From an uncultured archaeon (lineage in GTDB: Archaea > Altiarchaeota > Altiarchaeia > IMC4 > SCGC-AAA252-I15), in the NCBI GenBank assembly GCA_964587725.1, contig CAZPLO010000001.1, positions 16,327-80,326 of the forward strand: 64,000 nt of DNA, given 5' to 3'. This document shows positions 37,639-46,886 of the stretch, in pieces (within the stretch, counting starts at the first letter, position 1; the number at the start of each line of letters is the position of its first letter). The notes beneath the pieces were generated by a model. It had not been told where the DNA came from and did no database searches. It saw only the letters and a program-made list of their open reading frames with translations. Position numbers and translations under genes: made by a program.

Positions 37639-38337
37639 ATGGTTGAGCGCGTTCAAACGGGTATACCGGGGCTCGACGAGCTCCTCGGCGGCGGATTCAT
37701 CAGGAGACGGCATGTTGTCATATGCGGCGGCCCGGGAACCGGAAAGACCACGCTGGCATACGAGTTCCTGTACCGGGGGGCCGAACAATACGGTGAGAAA
37801 GGGTTGTTCGTGTCATTGGAGCAGAGCCCCGAACGGGTGGTGGATGGGGCGAAGGCGTTGTTCAGCAGCTGGGACTGGGACAGACACCTGGACTCTAACA
37901 TAGTGGTGACGAGGGTGCAGATAGACGACTTCACCCACCTCCAGGACATCATAGGAAACTACGTCAAGGAACACGGTGTGAAGCGGGTGGCGTTGGACAG
38001 CCTAACCCTGCTGCGGCTGTATTTCAGGGGCGAAGACGCGTACCGGAACAATCTGTATGAGCTGCTCACGTTCCTCGGAGACCTCGACTGCACCACCCTG
38101 CTGACGCTGGAGAAGGCGATGAACCGACGGTCCGACGCCCAATACGACATGGAGGAGTTCGTAGCAGACGGCGTAATCAACATGTATCTGGTTCCGAAGG
38201 AGCGGGACCGTCTGAGGGTATTGGAGATTGTGAAGATGAGGGACACCGACCACAGCACCCGCCTTAGCCCGTTCAAGATAACACCGGACGGACTGATGAT
38301 TTCCCCTGACGCGCAGATGTTCGGAGACATCGAGTGA
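37639..38337 (+). CDS. KaiC-like single-domain RecA-superfamily ATPase
   Basis: GIPGLDELLGGGFIRRRHVVICGGPGTGKTTLAYEFLYRG; 232 aa; related to 33206..33913. Confidence 0.8.
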   Translation: MVERVQTGIPGLDELLGGGFIRRRHVVICGGPGTGKTTLAYEFLYRGAEQYGEKGLFVSLEQSPERVVDGAKALFSSWDWDRHLDSNIVVTRVQIDDFTHLQDIIGNYVKEHGVKRVALDSLTLLRLYFRGEDAYRNNLYELLTFLGDLDCTTLLTLEKAMNRRSDAQYDMEEFVADGVINMYLVPKERDRLRVLEIVKMRDTDHSTRLSPFKITPDGLMISPDAQMFGDIE

Positions 38338-39221
38338 AGATGGACAAGGCATCCCGGGTGTACTCCAGCCTGCTCGCCGGCGAAACAGCATACCTTGCTA
38401 AGGTGAACCCGCAGCTGGCTGCGAAGACGCTGGAGGAGAAGGCGGAGGCGCTGAAGAAGGCCGGCGTACAGTATACTGTAGAAGGCGGTCTGAAGATAAC
38501 CGAGGCACCCGAAAACTCCGGGGAGCTGCTGTATCAGACCATACTCGACTTGGCAGCACCCTATGAGAAACAGTACGGGGTGAACAAGCTCTGGAACCCG
38601 CTGAAGACCGTGATAGTGAAGGTGTTCCAGAAGAACCGGGACGTGGTCCGGGAGACGGGCATGGAGGTTCCCGTCGCAAAGTACGAGATAGAGTACATGA
38701 TACTGGAGACGCTGTTCGGCTTCCAGGGCACCGACTTCCGGAAGAAGAGGTGGATAAACGGGGCCGTGCTCGTGACAAACCACGAAATCGTGCTGCCGGA
38801 GGACGGCGGCGCAGAACACATTCCCTTGCAGGCCGTCGCCACCGTCGGCCGCGAAATATACGTGGGCTACGAGCACGAGATGACCAAGGGGATAGTACGG
38901 GCCATAGACTACCAGGTGAAGGAGTCCGGGATGTCCTGTGCGGTGCTGCTGGCGAAGGGGGAGTTGATGAAGGAGTTCATGAAGGTCGCGTCCGTCATGA
39001 GGGCGGAGTATCGGAGGCTGAACCCCACGGAGGAGAGGATACTGCTCGCATTATACGATGAGACGCCGGTTGAACAGCTGGCGGGAAAGACAGGTGTGAA
39101 GGGGGTCGACGTGACGGCCGCCTTCAAGCGGCTGATGGAGCTCCGGTACACGGACGGGAAAGGCCACCTCACGTCGTATGGCATTAACGCTTCAATGGAG
39201 TTGAAACAGAGAGGTAGATGA
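38334..39221 (+). CDS. Hypothetical protein (295 aa) with C-terminal winged-helix-like region, translationally coupled to the KaiC-like ATPase
   Basis: ATGA overlap with the upstream gene. The C-terminal ...TEERILLALYDETPVEQLAGKTGVKGVDVTAAFKRLMELRY... looks like a wHTH. The N-terminal 230 aa are not recognised. Confidence 0.45.
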   Translation: MKMDKASRVYSSLLAGETAYLAKVNPQLAAKTLEEKAEALKKAGVQYTVEGGLKITEAPENSGELLYQTILDLAAPYEKQYGVNKLWNPLKTVIVKVFQKNRDVVRETGMEVPVAKYEIEYMILETLFGFQGTDFRKKRWINGAVLVTNHEIVLPEDGGAEHIPLQAVATVGREIYVGYEHEMTKGIVRAIDYQVKESGMSCAVLLAKGELMKEFMKVASVMRAEYRRLNPTEERILLALYDETPVEQLAGKTGVKGVDVTAAFKRLMELRYTDGKGHLTSYGINASMELKQRGR

Positions 39222-39919
39222 AGATGACGGTTGATTTAAGGAGGAGTGTTGTTGTGAACTTTAAGACGTACGAGCAGGCCACCGGCGCCAAGGCAGTGGC
39301 GTTGGCGAAAGTATGCGACGAGGTGGCGCGGGAGCTCGGCGCCAACATCGTGGTTACTGTACAGGCAGTGGACTTGAAGGCCGTGGCTGACGCCGTCGGC
39401 ATACCAGTGTTCGCACAGCACATCGACCCCGTGAGGTACGGCAGCAACACCGGGTGGGTGCTGGCCGAAGCCGTTAAGGAGGCCGGCGCGGTCGGGACGC
39501 TGATTAACCACAGCGAACACAAGCTGCCGCTGGAGGAAATCAGGAAACGGATTGAACGGGCCCGTGAAATAGGTCTGACGACAATCGTATGCTCCGGCAA
39601 GGACAGCAACGAGGAGACAATCGACGAAACCAAAGCTATTGCGGCGTTGAAGCCCGACTTCGTGGCCGCTGAACCCCCGGACCTCATCGGCGGAGACGTT
39701 TCAGTGACCACACGGCCGGAGCTGGTGACGGGTGTCGTGGATGCCGTGAACGAAGTGGACTCCGGAGTCGGCGTGTTGACGGGGGCGGGGGTGAAGACGG
39801 GAGACGACGTCCGGGATGCACTGAAGCTCGGCACACTCGGCGTGCTGCTCGCCTCCGGGGTTACGAAGGCGAAGGACCCGGCGGCTGCGCTGAAGAACCT
39901 GTGCAGGGGGCTGGAATAA
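39218..39919 (+). CDS. tpiA: Triosephosphate isomerase (archaeal type)
   Basis: VVVNFKTYEQATG, LINHSEH, ...GGDVSVTT...; about 225 aa, the archaeal short TIM. Confidence 0.85.
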   Translation: MKMTVDLRRSVVVNFKTYEQATGAKAVALAKVCDEVARELGANIVVTVQAVDLKAVADAVGIPVFAQHIDPVRYGSNTGWVLAEAVKEAGAVGTLINHSEHKLPLEEIRKRIERAREIGLTTIVCSGKDSNEETIDETKAIAALKPDFVAAEPPDLIGGDVSVTTRPELVTGVVDAVNEVDSGVGVLTGAGVKTGDDVRDALKLGTLGVLLASGVTKAKDPAAALKNLCRGLE

Positions 39920-39981
39920 ACCAGCCCTTTCACAATTATTATAATTTATTTAAAATAGTTTATAATTTTTTCTAAACAGTT

Positions 39982-40992
39982 TCAACTGCGTTTTCTGCGG
40001 TATTTTTCTATGATTCCTTCGACGTCCGCCGGCTGCTCGGACAGTTCAGCAAGCTGTTCGGCGTTTATGTGGTAGTAGCCGTGGGTGCGCTGGAGTTCGG
40101 AGGAGTCGTATACGGGGACGCCTTTTTCCAGGAGGTGTTCGCGCACCTTCTTCTTGGACGTGAACGCAGCCTTCAACCCCTCCACTGACTCCGGGACCTG
40201 CTCCACCAGCGCCATCCCGCAGACGACGTTGGGGCAGACCCCCACCAACAACGTGCTCCCCAACATGACATCATCCAGCAGGCGGCGGCACTCAGACAGC
40301 TCCCCCACCTTCCGGGACAGTGTTTTGACTCGGGGGCCGGGCTTCACCTTCGGACGGGACTTCACGTGTTTACGGCGTTTCTCGGCAGCCAACTTCTCCT
40401 TTAGAACCTGTATTGTTTCGTCGCGTTCAGACGCCTCATTGGAGAGGACCCTAACCCGCTTCTCAAGGGAGCGTATCTGTTTCTCCTCCTCAGACGGTTC
40501 ACGGTGGGGCTGCGCTTCAACCTCCCGCTCCTCATCCTCCGGATCCTCCTCCAAAGACTGACAGGCCCGGCTGATGCTCTTGCCCTGCAGCACAAAGTGC
40601 TTAACATCCTCCCCCAGGCCGAGGGACTCTATCTTCTGCATCTTGTTCCTGAACTGGCTGAACGCGTGCAATGCGGCAGCCAATGCGTCACGCTGGTGGG
40701 CGTCGGAGACATCATATTCCCTGGTCAACTCCAGCTTCTCCTGAACCGTCAAAGACTTTTCAGGCACGTAGAAGGTGACGCCGAAGTTTGACGCGATGCG
40801 GGAAACAAACTCCGGGCCGGGGCGGACGTCGCATGCTATGACAGACGGATGACCCATGGACACTATGTACTCTATCGCGGAAGACAAGCCCATCTCCTTC
40901 CCGCTTGTCACCCCAACCAGTCCACCCTTCAGGTCGACCGCAGCCACCGCGGTGGTGGTCCCCGGGTCGACTCCAAAGATAAGGTGTTTCAT
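39982..40992 (-). CDS. DUF460-like archaeal protein with N-terminal RNase H-like (YqgF/RuvC-like) fold and central coiled coil
   Basis: MKHLIFGVDPGTTTAVAAVDLKG is an RNase-H-like-fold start; charged coiled-coil middle; 4-nt overlap with purF. Confidence 0.5.
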   Translation of the reverse strand: MKHLIFGVDPGTTTAVAAVDLKGGLVGVTSGKEMGLSSAIEYIVSMGHPSVIACDVRPGPEFVSRIASNFGVTFYVPEKSLTVQEKLELTREYDVSDAHQRDALAAALHAFSQFRNKMQKIESLGLGEDVKHFVLQGKSISRACQSLEEDPEDEEREVEAQPHREPSEEEKQIRSLEKRVRVLSNEASERDETIQVLKEKLAAEKRRKHVKSRPKVKPGPRVKTLSRKVGELSECRRLLDDVMLGSTLLVGVCPNVVCGMALVEQVPESVEGLKAAFTSKKKVREHLLEKGVPVYDSSELQRTHGYYHINAEQLAELSEQPADVEGIIEKYRRKRS

Positions 40993-42344
40993 GACAGTCT
41001 GGTCTGACGGTCCTCAAGGGGATACGCGCCGGTGAGGCATGCGAGGCACAGCTGCTTATCCCCATGGCCTATCGCTTCGACGAGGCCGTCGACGCTGAGG
41101 TATGCGATGGAATCCGCGCCTATGGCGTCGCCTATCTCCTCCACCGTCTTCTCCGACGCGATGAACTCCTTGGCGGTCTGCATGTCTATGCCGTACAGGC
41201 ACGGGTTCTTAATCGGCGGCGACGCTATGCGAACGTGGACCTCCCGCGCACCCGCCCCGCGGAGCAGCGAAACGATGCGCTTCAACGTGGTGCCGCGGAC
41301 TATGGAGTCGTCAACGATTATGATGCGCTTGCCCTCCACCTCCGACTTCACGGGATTCAACTTCACCCTCACACCCAGGTCCCGCTGCCTCTGGTCCGGC
41401 ATTATGAAGGTGCGGCCGACGTAACGGTTTTTTATCAAACCCTCGCCGTAGCTGATGCCGGAGCCCTCCGAGTAGCCGATGGCGTGTGTGATTCCGCTGT
41501 CCGGAACCGCACACACCAGATCAGCGCCGACGGGCGACTCCTCAGCCAGTATCCTGCCCAGGTTCCTCCGCACCTCGTACACGGACTTACCGTCTATGAT
41601 GCTGTCCTCGCGGGCGAAGTAGACGTACTCGAACATGCAGTGACACATTCTGCCCTTGGGGCCGGTGTAGGAGCGGAGCGTGTCGCCCAACACAATAATC
41701 TCCGACGGCTTCACGTCCCGCACCAGCTCCGCACCCAACACATCCAATGCGCAGCTCTCCGAGGCGAGATAGTATGCGTCGTCTAACTGGCCGAGGCACA
41801 GGGGGCGGACGCCGCCGGGGTCCCGGACGCCTATTACGCCACCGTCGTAGAGTATGGCGAGTGAGTATGAGCCCACCAGCTGCTTCATCGCCGCCTTCAC
41901 CGCCTTGATGAAGTCGCCCTGGCGGAGGTGCTCCTGCGCAATAAGCTTTGCAATGATTTCGGTGTCCGTGGTGGTGGTGAATATTCCGCCAGTGGACTCG
42001 AGTTTCTGACGGAGTTCGGCGTGGTTGACGATGTTGCCGTTGTGGGCTATGGCGAACGAATGCTGGCCGTAGTTTATAAGCAGCGGCTGCGCGTTCTCCG
42101 GCCGGGACTCCCCCGTCGTCGAGTAGCGTACGTGTCCGATGCCGCATCCCCCAGACAGGTAAGCGTTTTTGAAGACTTCGGTTACCAGCCCCATCCCCTT
42201 GTGCACACGTATTTTGTCGTTGCAGGTGGCTATGCCGGCGCTCTCCTGGCCGCGGTGCTGCATGGAGTGGAGGGCGTAGTACACGCTTTCGAAGACGTCC
42301 GTGCCGGATTTAGCCCCGAATACCGCGCATTTCTCCCTCATTCT
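40989..42344 (-). CDS. purF: Amidophosphoribosyltransferase
   Basis: N-terminal nucleophile region (MREK)CAVFGA, a glutamine amidotransferase class-II domain, and a PRTase motif ...IIIVDDSIVRGTTLKRIV.... The start was placed at Met17 of the track ORF, leaving a 3-residue propeptide before the catalytic Cys. Confidence 0.85.
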   Translation of the reverse strand, partial: RMREKCAVFGAKSGTDVFESVYYALHSMQHRGQESAGIATCNDKIRVHKGMGLVTEVFKNAYLSGGCGIGHVRYSTTGESRPENAQPLLINYGQHSFAIAHNGNIVNHAELRQKLESTGGIFTTTTDTEIIAKLIAQEHLRQGDFIKAVKAAMKQLVGSYSLAILYDGGVIGVRDPGGVRPLCLGQLDDAYYLASESCALDVLGAELVRDVKPSEIIVLGDTLRSYTGPKGRMCHCMFEYVYFAREDSIIDGKSVYEVRRNLGRILAEESPVGADLVCAVPDSGITHAIGYSEGSGISYGEGLIKNRYVGRTFIMPDQRQRDLGVRVKLNPVKSEVEGKRIIIVDDSIVRGTTLKRIVSLLRGAGAREVHVRIASPPIKNPCLYGIDMQTAKEFIASEKTVEEIGDAIGADSIAYLSVDGLVEAIGHGDKQLCLACLTGAYPLEDRQTRLS

Positions 42345-42390
42345 GACGAAGGTAATACTTTTCAACACCAGGGTATAATAATGTAAGGCC

Positions 42391-43539
42391 ATGAAATACA
42401 GGAGGAAATACTACGGCGTCTGCCAGCCGGGGTTCAAGGCCGGCGGCTCCCGGAAGGGAAAATACGGCGTCGCACTGATACTCGCCGACAGAGTCTGTGA
42501 AACCGCTGCGGTGTTCACGCGGAACACCGTGAAGGCCGCGCCTGTGAAGTACACAAGACGCATGTTCAGGAGGGGGGTGCAGGCCGTGGTCGCCAACTCC
42601 GGGAACGCCAACTGCTGCGTCCCCGAGGGGATGAATGACGCCGGAGAGATGGTGGAGGAAGCAGCCGACGTTCTGAAAGTCGATGTAGGAGATGTTGCCG
42701 TATCCTCCACCGGCATAATAGGTCGTCGAATGGATGTGAAAACCGTCCGCCAGCTGATACGGGAGACGTCCGTGCGTTCCGGGCGCCGCGGCAGCTCCGA
42801 CGCCGCGAAGGCCATCATGACCACGGACACGCGGATGAAGATGTACGCCGCAGAATACCGCGGCATACGTGTGGGGGGCATATGCAAGGGCGCCGGCATG
42901 ATTGCGCCCGACATGGCCACCATGCTCTGTTACATAACAACCAACGCCGACCTCCCGCGCAGCAGACTGCAGGAGGCATTGTCGGAGGCGGTGGGGGACA
43001 GCTTCAACATGATTTCGGTGGAGGGGGACATGAGCACCAACGACACCGTGTTGTTGATGAGCAACCGGACACGCAAATGCGGTGTGAAGGACTTCAAGGG
43101 GCTGATGAAGCACGTCACCGCGGAGCTGGCGAAGATGATAGTCCGCGACGGCGAAGGCGCCAGCAAATTCATCGAAGTCGAGGTAAAGGGTGCCAAATCA
43201 GTGAAGGATGCGAGGACGGCGGTGAATGCCGTCATAAACTCCCCGCTGGTGAAGACCGCGTTCTACGGCGAGAACCCCAACTGGGGCCGCATAACAGCAG
43301 CCATCGGGTCCAGAATCAAGGTGGACGAGTCCAGGGTGGACATCACCTACTCGTCTGGGAGGAAGCGGGTGAAGCTGGTGTCCAAGGGCGGGGGCCGGAG
43401 GACTCCGGAAGCGAAGAAGGTTATGAAAAACAGGGACATCAAGGTCACAGTAGACCTCCGCATGGGACGGTATCAGGCTGTTGGGTGGGGATGCGACCTC
43501 ACAGAGGAATACGTGCGGGTGAACGCGGGCTACAGCTGA
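42391..43539 (+). CDS. argJ: Glutamate N-acetyltransferase / ornithine acetyltransferase ArgJ
   Basis: ...GFKAGGSRKGKYGVALI... N-terminus and the autoproteolytic ATML site (PDMATMLCYITTNA). Confidence 0.85.
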   Translation: MKYRRKYYGVCQPGFKAGGSRKGKYGVALILADRVCETAAVFTRNTVKAAPVKYTRRMFRRGVQAVVANSGNANCCVPEGMNDAGEMVEEAADVLKVDVGDVAVSSTGIIGRRMDVKTVRQLIRETSVRSGRRGSSDAAKAIMTTDTRMKMYAAEYRGIRVGGICKGAGMIAPDMATMLCYITTNADLPRSRLQEALSEAVGDSFNMISVEGDMSTNDTVLLMSNRTRKCGVKDFKGLMKHVTAELAKMIVRDGEGASKFIEVEVKGAKSVKDARTAVNAVINSPLVKTAFYGENPNWGRITAAIGSRIKVDESRVDITYSSGRKRVKLVSKGGGRRTPEAKKVMKNRDIKVTVDLRMGRYQAVGWGCDLTEEYVRVNAGYS

Positions 43540-43572
43540 GCTTTTATATGCCAAACACTTATGTAGTGTGAA

Positions 43573-44187
43573 ATGTTTTGGATGCAGCGCGGAAGGGTCA
43601 TAGAGTATCTGATACTAGCTAACGCCTTCATGTTCATGGTGACGGTGGCGGTTCCCGAGCTGGCCATACGTTACCTTGCCGTGACCCCCGACAGGGTGCT
43701 GCAGATGCCGTGGACGCTCGTAACAAACATGTTCGTGCACGCCGGGGTCATGCACTTGTTCTTCAACATGTTCTTCGGCGTGTTGATGTTCGGCGGCTAC
43801 CTTGAAAGGATCATAGGGGAACGGGAGTTTCTGCGGGTGTATTTCCTCGGCGGACTCGCAGCCGCACTGTTTTACGTGCTGTTGGCGCTGGGTTTCGGGT
43901 TCCCAGACCCCAGTACTCCCGCGGTCGGCGCGTCGGGTGCGGTGTTCGCCGTAATAGGAGCGTTGGTTATGCTGCGGCCGAACATGCAGATTTTCCTATA
44001 CTTCCTGTTCCCCATGCCCCTGTGGGTGTTCGCCGGATTCTATGTGTTATACAGCATATTCGCGATACCCACCATGGGGGGGGTTGCCGTGTCGGCGCAC
44101 CTAGGCGGACTGCTGGCGGGCCTCTACTTCGGGCTTAAGAACAAAGGCGGTGGGGAGCCCGAATACCAGTACGTAAGGTACTACTGA
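43573..44187 (+). CDS. Rhomboid-family intramembrane serine protease
   Basis: Six TM helices with the GxSG motif (GASGAVFAV) and a downstream His (AHLGGLLAG). Confidence 0.8.
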   Translation: MFWMQRGRVIEYLILANAFMFMVTVAVPELAIRYLAVTPDRVLQMPWTLVTNMFVHAGVMHLFFNMFFGVLMFGGYLERIIGEREFLRVYFLGGLAAALFYVLLALGFGFPDPSTPAVGASGAVFAVIGALVMLRPNMQIFLYFLFPMPLWVFAGFYVLYSIFAIPTMGGVAVSAHLGGLLAGLYFGLKNKGGGEPEYQYVRYY

Positions 44188-45056
44188 TCAGGTATCAGCC
44201 GTACGGTGCCGCCGCCGACCGGGTAAACCTGTTTTCCACCGTATCCCATATCGCCTTTATACAGTATCCATAGGCCGTGGCCGCGGTAGCCGTGTTCGCC
44301 GACCGCATTCAATACTGTGTCGTCGTATGAGCCAACGTAGGGGTCGTAGCGGAACGTCTGAACCGCCCGTCGGGGAACATACGTTGCGTACGAGGGGTAG
44401 AATCCAGTCTCCGACACCGCGTCTGCAAAGGTTACGTAGTCGTCGCCCACCAGGTAGGATGCAACCAGCAGAACCAGGAGGGTGACTGCAGAAATCCGCA
44501 GAGCCCTCTTCAACTCCCCCCTACGGTCCATCGACCCCGATTTATCCACGACACGGGCGGCTAAAAAATATACCAACCCGAAGCCGAACAGTAGGCCTGT
44601 CATCAGACGGAGTTCGTTGCTGCTCTCCCGCATCATCAGAAGCGTCTGGGTGATGCCGTCCACAGTCAATGGAATGAAGGACAGTATCAGGAAGGGGACG
44701 GACCTGAAGAAACGGTGAAGCTTCAACCCCAGAAGCGGAGTCAAACCGCCGAGGAGGCAGCCGAAGTACACCCCCATGTCTCGGGCGCACATCGGCGTCT
44801 GAAAGCCGTTCAGGAACAGGGAGCGCTGTGGCATCTGATGGCAGTTGGTTGCTAGGTAGCCGTAGTTGTATGCTAGCATGCTCAGTCCGAACAGCAGCCT
44901 GCTGGAGGACTGCGCCAGCAGCGGCGTCAGCAGAAACCACGCCAACATTATCGCGTCCAACGCAACGTATACCAGCAGCAGAAGGTAGAGGAACTCCACA
45001 GTCGACTGCCTGTTCATGTAAGACGTCAGCAGGGATTTCAGTTGTTGCGCGTCCAT
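44181..45056 (-). CDS. DUF2085-family membrane protein
   Basis: Contains the NCHQMPQRS(F) motif characteristic of DUF2085, plus multiple TM helices. Confidence 0.6.
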   Translation of the reverse strand: MDAQQLKSLLTSYMNRQSTVEFLYLLLLVYVALDAIMLAWFLLTPLLAQSSSRLLFGLSMLAYNYGYLATNCHQMPQRSLFLNGFQTPMCARDMGVYFGCLLGGLTPLLGLKLHRFFRSVPFLILSFIPLTVDGITQTLLMMRESSNELRLMTGLLFGFGLVYFLAARVVDKSGSMDRRGELKRALRISAVTLLVLLVASYLVGDDYVTFADAVSETGFYPSYATYVPRRAVQTFRYDPYVGSYDDTVLNAVGEHGYRGHGLWILYKGDMGYGGKQVYPVGGGTVRLIPDQ

Positions 45057-45057
45057 G

Positions 45058-45585
45058 TTAGAACCTGTTGTACGATACAGTGTCGTTTAAATCCTTCCGC
45101 GGCTTCGGGTCCGGCTCCTCCCAGGGCACACCGAATGCTAGAAGGGCGATGGGAGAATAAGACTCCTGAATCCCGAACATTTCTGTGAACTCTTCCACTC
45201 CTGTTTCGTCCATGGGGGAGGTCATGACGATGCCCCCGTAGCCCAGGTCGACCGCTGCCAGGAGCATGTTCTCGCACGCCAGCATCGTAGACCAGTCGAA
45301 GCGCGGCTTAGAAGCGTCCGCGCATGCCAGAACTAGGATGCCAGCCTCCAGGAAGGAGGAGTCCTGCTCGTACAGTCTCAGCCGTTCACGGGCGCGGTCG
45401 TACAAGCCCCTCAACTTCTTCTTCAGCCCTGGTTCGTCGACGACTATGAAACGCCACGGTTGCGTGTTCAAACCGGACGGAGCCCACCGCCCCGCCTCCA
45501 ATATCTTTTTCAAATCGTCTTCCGGCACAGGCTCGGTGAACCTGCGCACCGACCTCCGGCGCAAAGCCAGGTCAAGAAAACCCAT
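45058..45585 (-). CDS. Nitroreductase-family protein
   Basis: N-terminal RRSVRRF...GRWAPSGLNTQPWRFIVV is the typical nitroreductase FMN-binding signature. Confidence 0.75.
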   Translation of the reverse strand: MGFLDLALRRRSVRRFTEPVPEDDLKKILEAGRWAPSGLNTQPWRFIVVDEPGLKKKLRGLYDRARERLRLYEQDSSFLEAGILVLACADASKPRFDWSTMLACENMLLAAVDLGYGGIVMTSPMDETGVEEFTEMFGIQESYSPIALLAFGVPWEEPDPKPRKDLNDTVSYNRF

Positions 45586-45646
45586 GGGAGAATATCTGAT
45601 TCCGCGCTTTTATAACAGGAACCCCTTGTAGTATAAGGTTGATTCA

Positions 45647-45880
45647 ATGGACGTCAAAGTTTATTCTACCCCCACCTGCCCCTGGTGCAAACGCACCAAG
45701 GAGTTTCTGGACAAAAACGGCGTGGAATACGAGGACGTTAACGTGTCCGGCAACCAGGAGGCCGCGCAGGAGATGGTTAAGAAGAGCAAGCAGATGGGCG
45801 TCCCGGTGGTGGACGTGGACGGCACCATCGTGGTGGGATACGACGAGGACGCGCTCAGGAAGGCGCTCAACCTTAACTGA
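45647..45880 (+). CDS. Glutaredoxin/NrdH-like small redoxin
   Basis: 77 aa, VKVYSTPTCPWCKRTKEFL (CPWC active site). Confidence 0.8.
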   Translation: MDVKVYSTPTCPWCKRTKEFLDKNGVEYEDVNVSGNQEAAQEMVKKSKQMGVPVVDVDGTIVVGYDEDALRKALNLN

Positions 45881-45890
45881 CGGATTATCT

Positions 45891-46091
45891 ATGGCTAAGT
45901 GGATTATCGAACACGACCGTGACGCGTGCATCGGCTGCGGAGCCTGCGAGAAGGCGTGCGAGAACTGGGCTATGATGCCCGACGGAAAAAGCAAGCCCAA
46001 GAAGACCGATGTGGACGAGGTGGGGTGTAACCGTGACGCCGTCGACGTATGCCCCGTAGCATGCATTAAAGTGGTTGAAAAGAAGAAGTGA
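45891..46091 (+). CDS. 4Fe-4S ferredoxin (66 aa)
   Basis: Internal ATG of track ORF 45639..46091. CIGCGACEKAC plus a second Cys cluster ...C....D.CPVAC. Confidence 0.75.
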   Translation: MAKWIIEHDRDACIGCGACEKACENWAMMPDGKSKPKKTDVDEVGCNRDAVDVCPVACIKVVEKKK

Positions 46092-46110
46092 AAGGGGTTT
46101 AACCCCCTTT
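46091..46110. terminator. GC hairpin between convergent ferredoxin (+) and PC4-like (-) genes
   Basis: AAAGGGG-TTTAA-CCCCCTTT directly after the ferredoxin stop codon; flanked by A/T runs on both strands, so it could act bidirectionally. Confidence 0.45.
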
Positions 46111-46117
46111 GCAGATT

Positions 46118-46387
46118 CTAGTCCTCCAGGTCTTCGCCTGCGGACTCTGACTCGCCCGCCGGCACCTTCATGACCGACTGAAGCTTCTCTATTATCCCGT
46201 TTACTATCTCCTCCTCGGGCGGGAAACCAATCCCCCTCTGGTATCTCTTCTCCCCCTCTGGGGTGTAGTAGCCCTTGCTTATGTTCAAGAACACCGCGTT
46301 GTCTGGCATGACGCGCTTCTTTGATATCTCAATAAACTTGTTGCGTCCGTAGTCCACGTATTCTCCGGATATTGTCTCGTATTCCAT
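46118..46387 (-). CDS. PC4/YdbC-like putative ssDNA-binding protein (89 aa)
   Basis: ...GRNKFIEISKKRV....AVFLNISKGYYTPEGEKRYQRGIGFPPEE... resembles the PC4 C-terminal domain pattern (G..R.V.V..F.GK..IDIREY....G...PG.KGISL..EQ). Confidence 0.4.
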   Translation of the reverse strand: MEYETISGEYVDYGRNKFIEISKKRVMPDNAVFLNISKGYYTPEGEKRYQRGIGFPPEEEIVNGIIEKLQSVMKVPAGESESAGEDLED

Positions 46388-46460
46388 TTCCTTACCTCAA
46401 AACCTAAAGCCTAGTTTATAAGTAATCTATATTATAATTTAAATAGGAGAGGGTGAGAGA
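46388..46460 (+). promoter_or_regulatory. Promoter region of the second pilin operon
   Basis: AT-rich segment with TTTATAAGTAAT and TATATTATAATTTAAATAGG upstream of pilin gene 46461..46886. Confidence 0.35.
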
Positions 46461-46886
46461 TTGACTTCTAAGGGACAGGCTTCGCTGGAGTACATGGTTA
46501 TGCTGGCCATTTCGCTGGCGGTGTTCGCCGCCGTACTGTACGTCACCAGCATCCTCATCAGCACGAGCAGCGTTCAGGTGGGGGTGGACTCTGCCAACCG
46601 GGCTGTTGAGAAGCTCAAGTCTGCGGCGGACTTCATATACGTCCACGGCCACCCGTCGAGGACGGAGGTGAACGTCTACATACCCCCGAACATAGAAAAC
46701 ATGGACATCGTCGGCCGAAACAACAGTCTGAGGGCTAGGGTGGCGGTGGGGGAGACGTACACGGACATATACGGCGTGACGAAGGGGAAGATTTACGGCG
46801 ATTTGTCCTACGTGGACAAGGAAGGATACTACGTTTTGAGGGTGGAGTCGACTTCCCCCCACACCATAAACATCAGCGTGTTATGA
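46461..46886 (+). CDS. Type IV pilin, class III signal peptide (canonical DUF361 KG|QASLEY)
   Basis: (M)TSKG|QASLEYMVMLAISLAVFAAVLYV. The non-ATG start is taken from the track. An AT-rich promoter region lies upstream. Confidence 0.8.
   Translation: MTSKGQASLEYMVMLAISLAVFAAVLYVTSILISTSSVQVGVDSANRAVEKLKSAADFIYVHGHPSRTEVNVYIPPNIENMDIVGRNNSLRARVAVGETYTDIYGVTKGKIYGDLSYVDKEGYYVLRVESTSPHTINISVL

Noticed and set aside
45639-46091. 150-aa ORF spanning the glutaredoxin and ferredoxin region
   Set aside because: Its N-terminal 84 aa are an Arg/Trp-rich out-of-frame read of the glutaredoxin gene (45647..45880). Only the C-terminal 66 aa, from the internal ATG at 45891, form a ferredoxin with proper Cys clusters. 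It is therefore split into two small genes.
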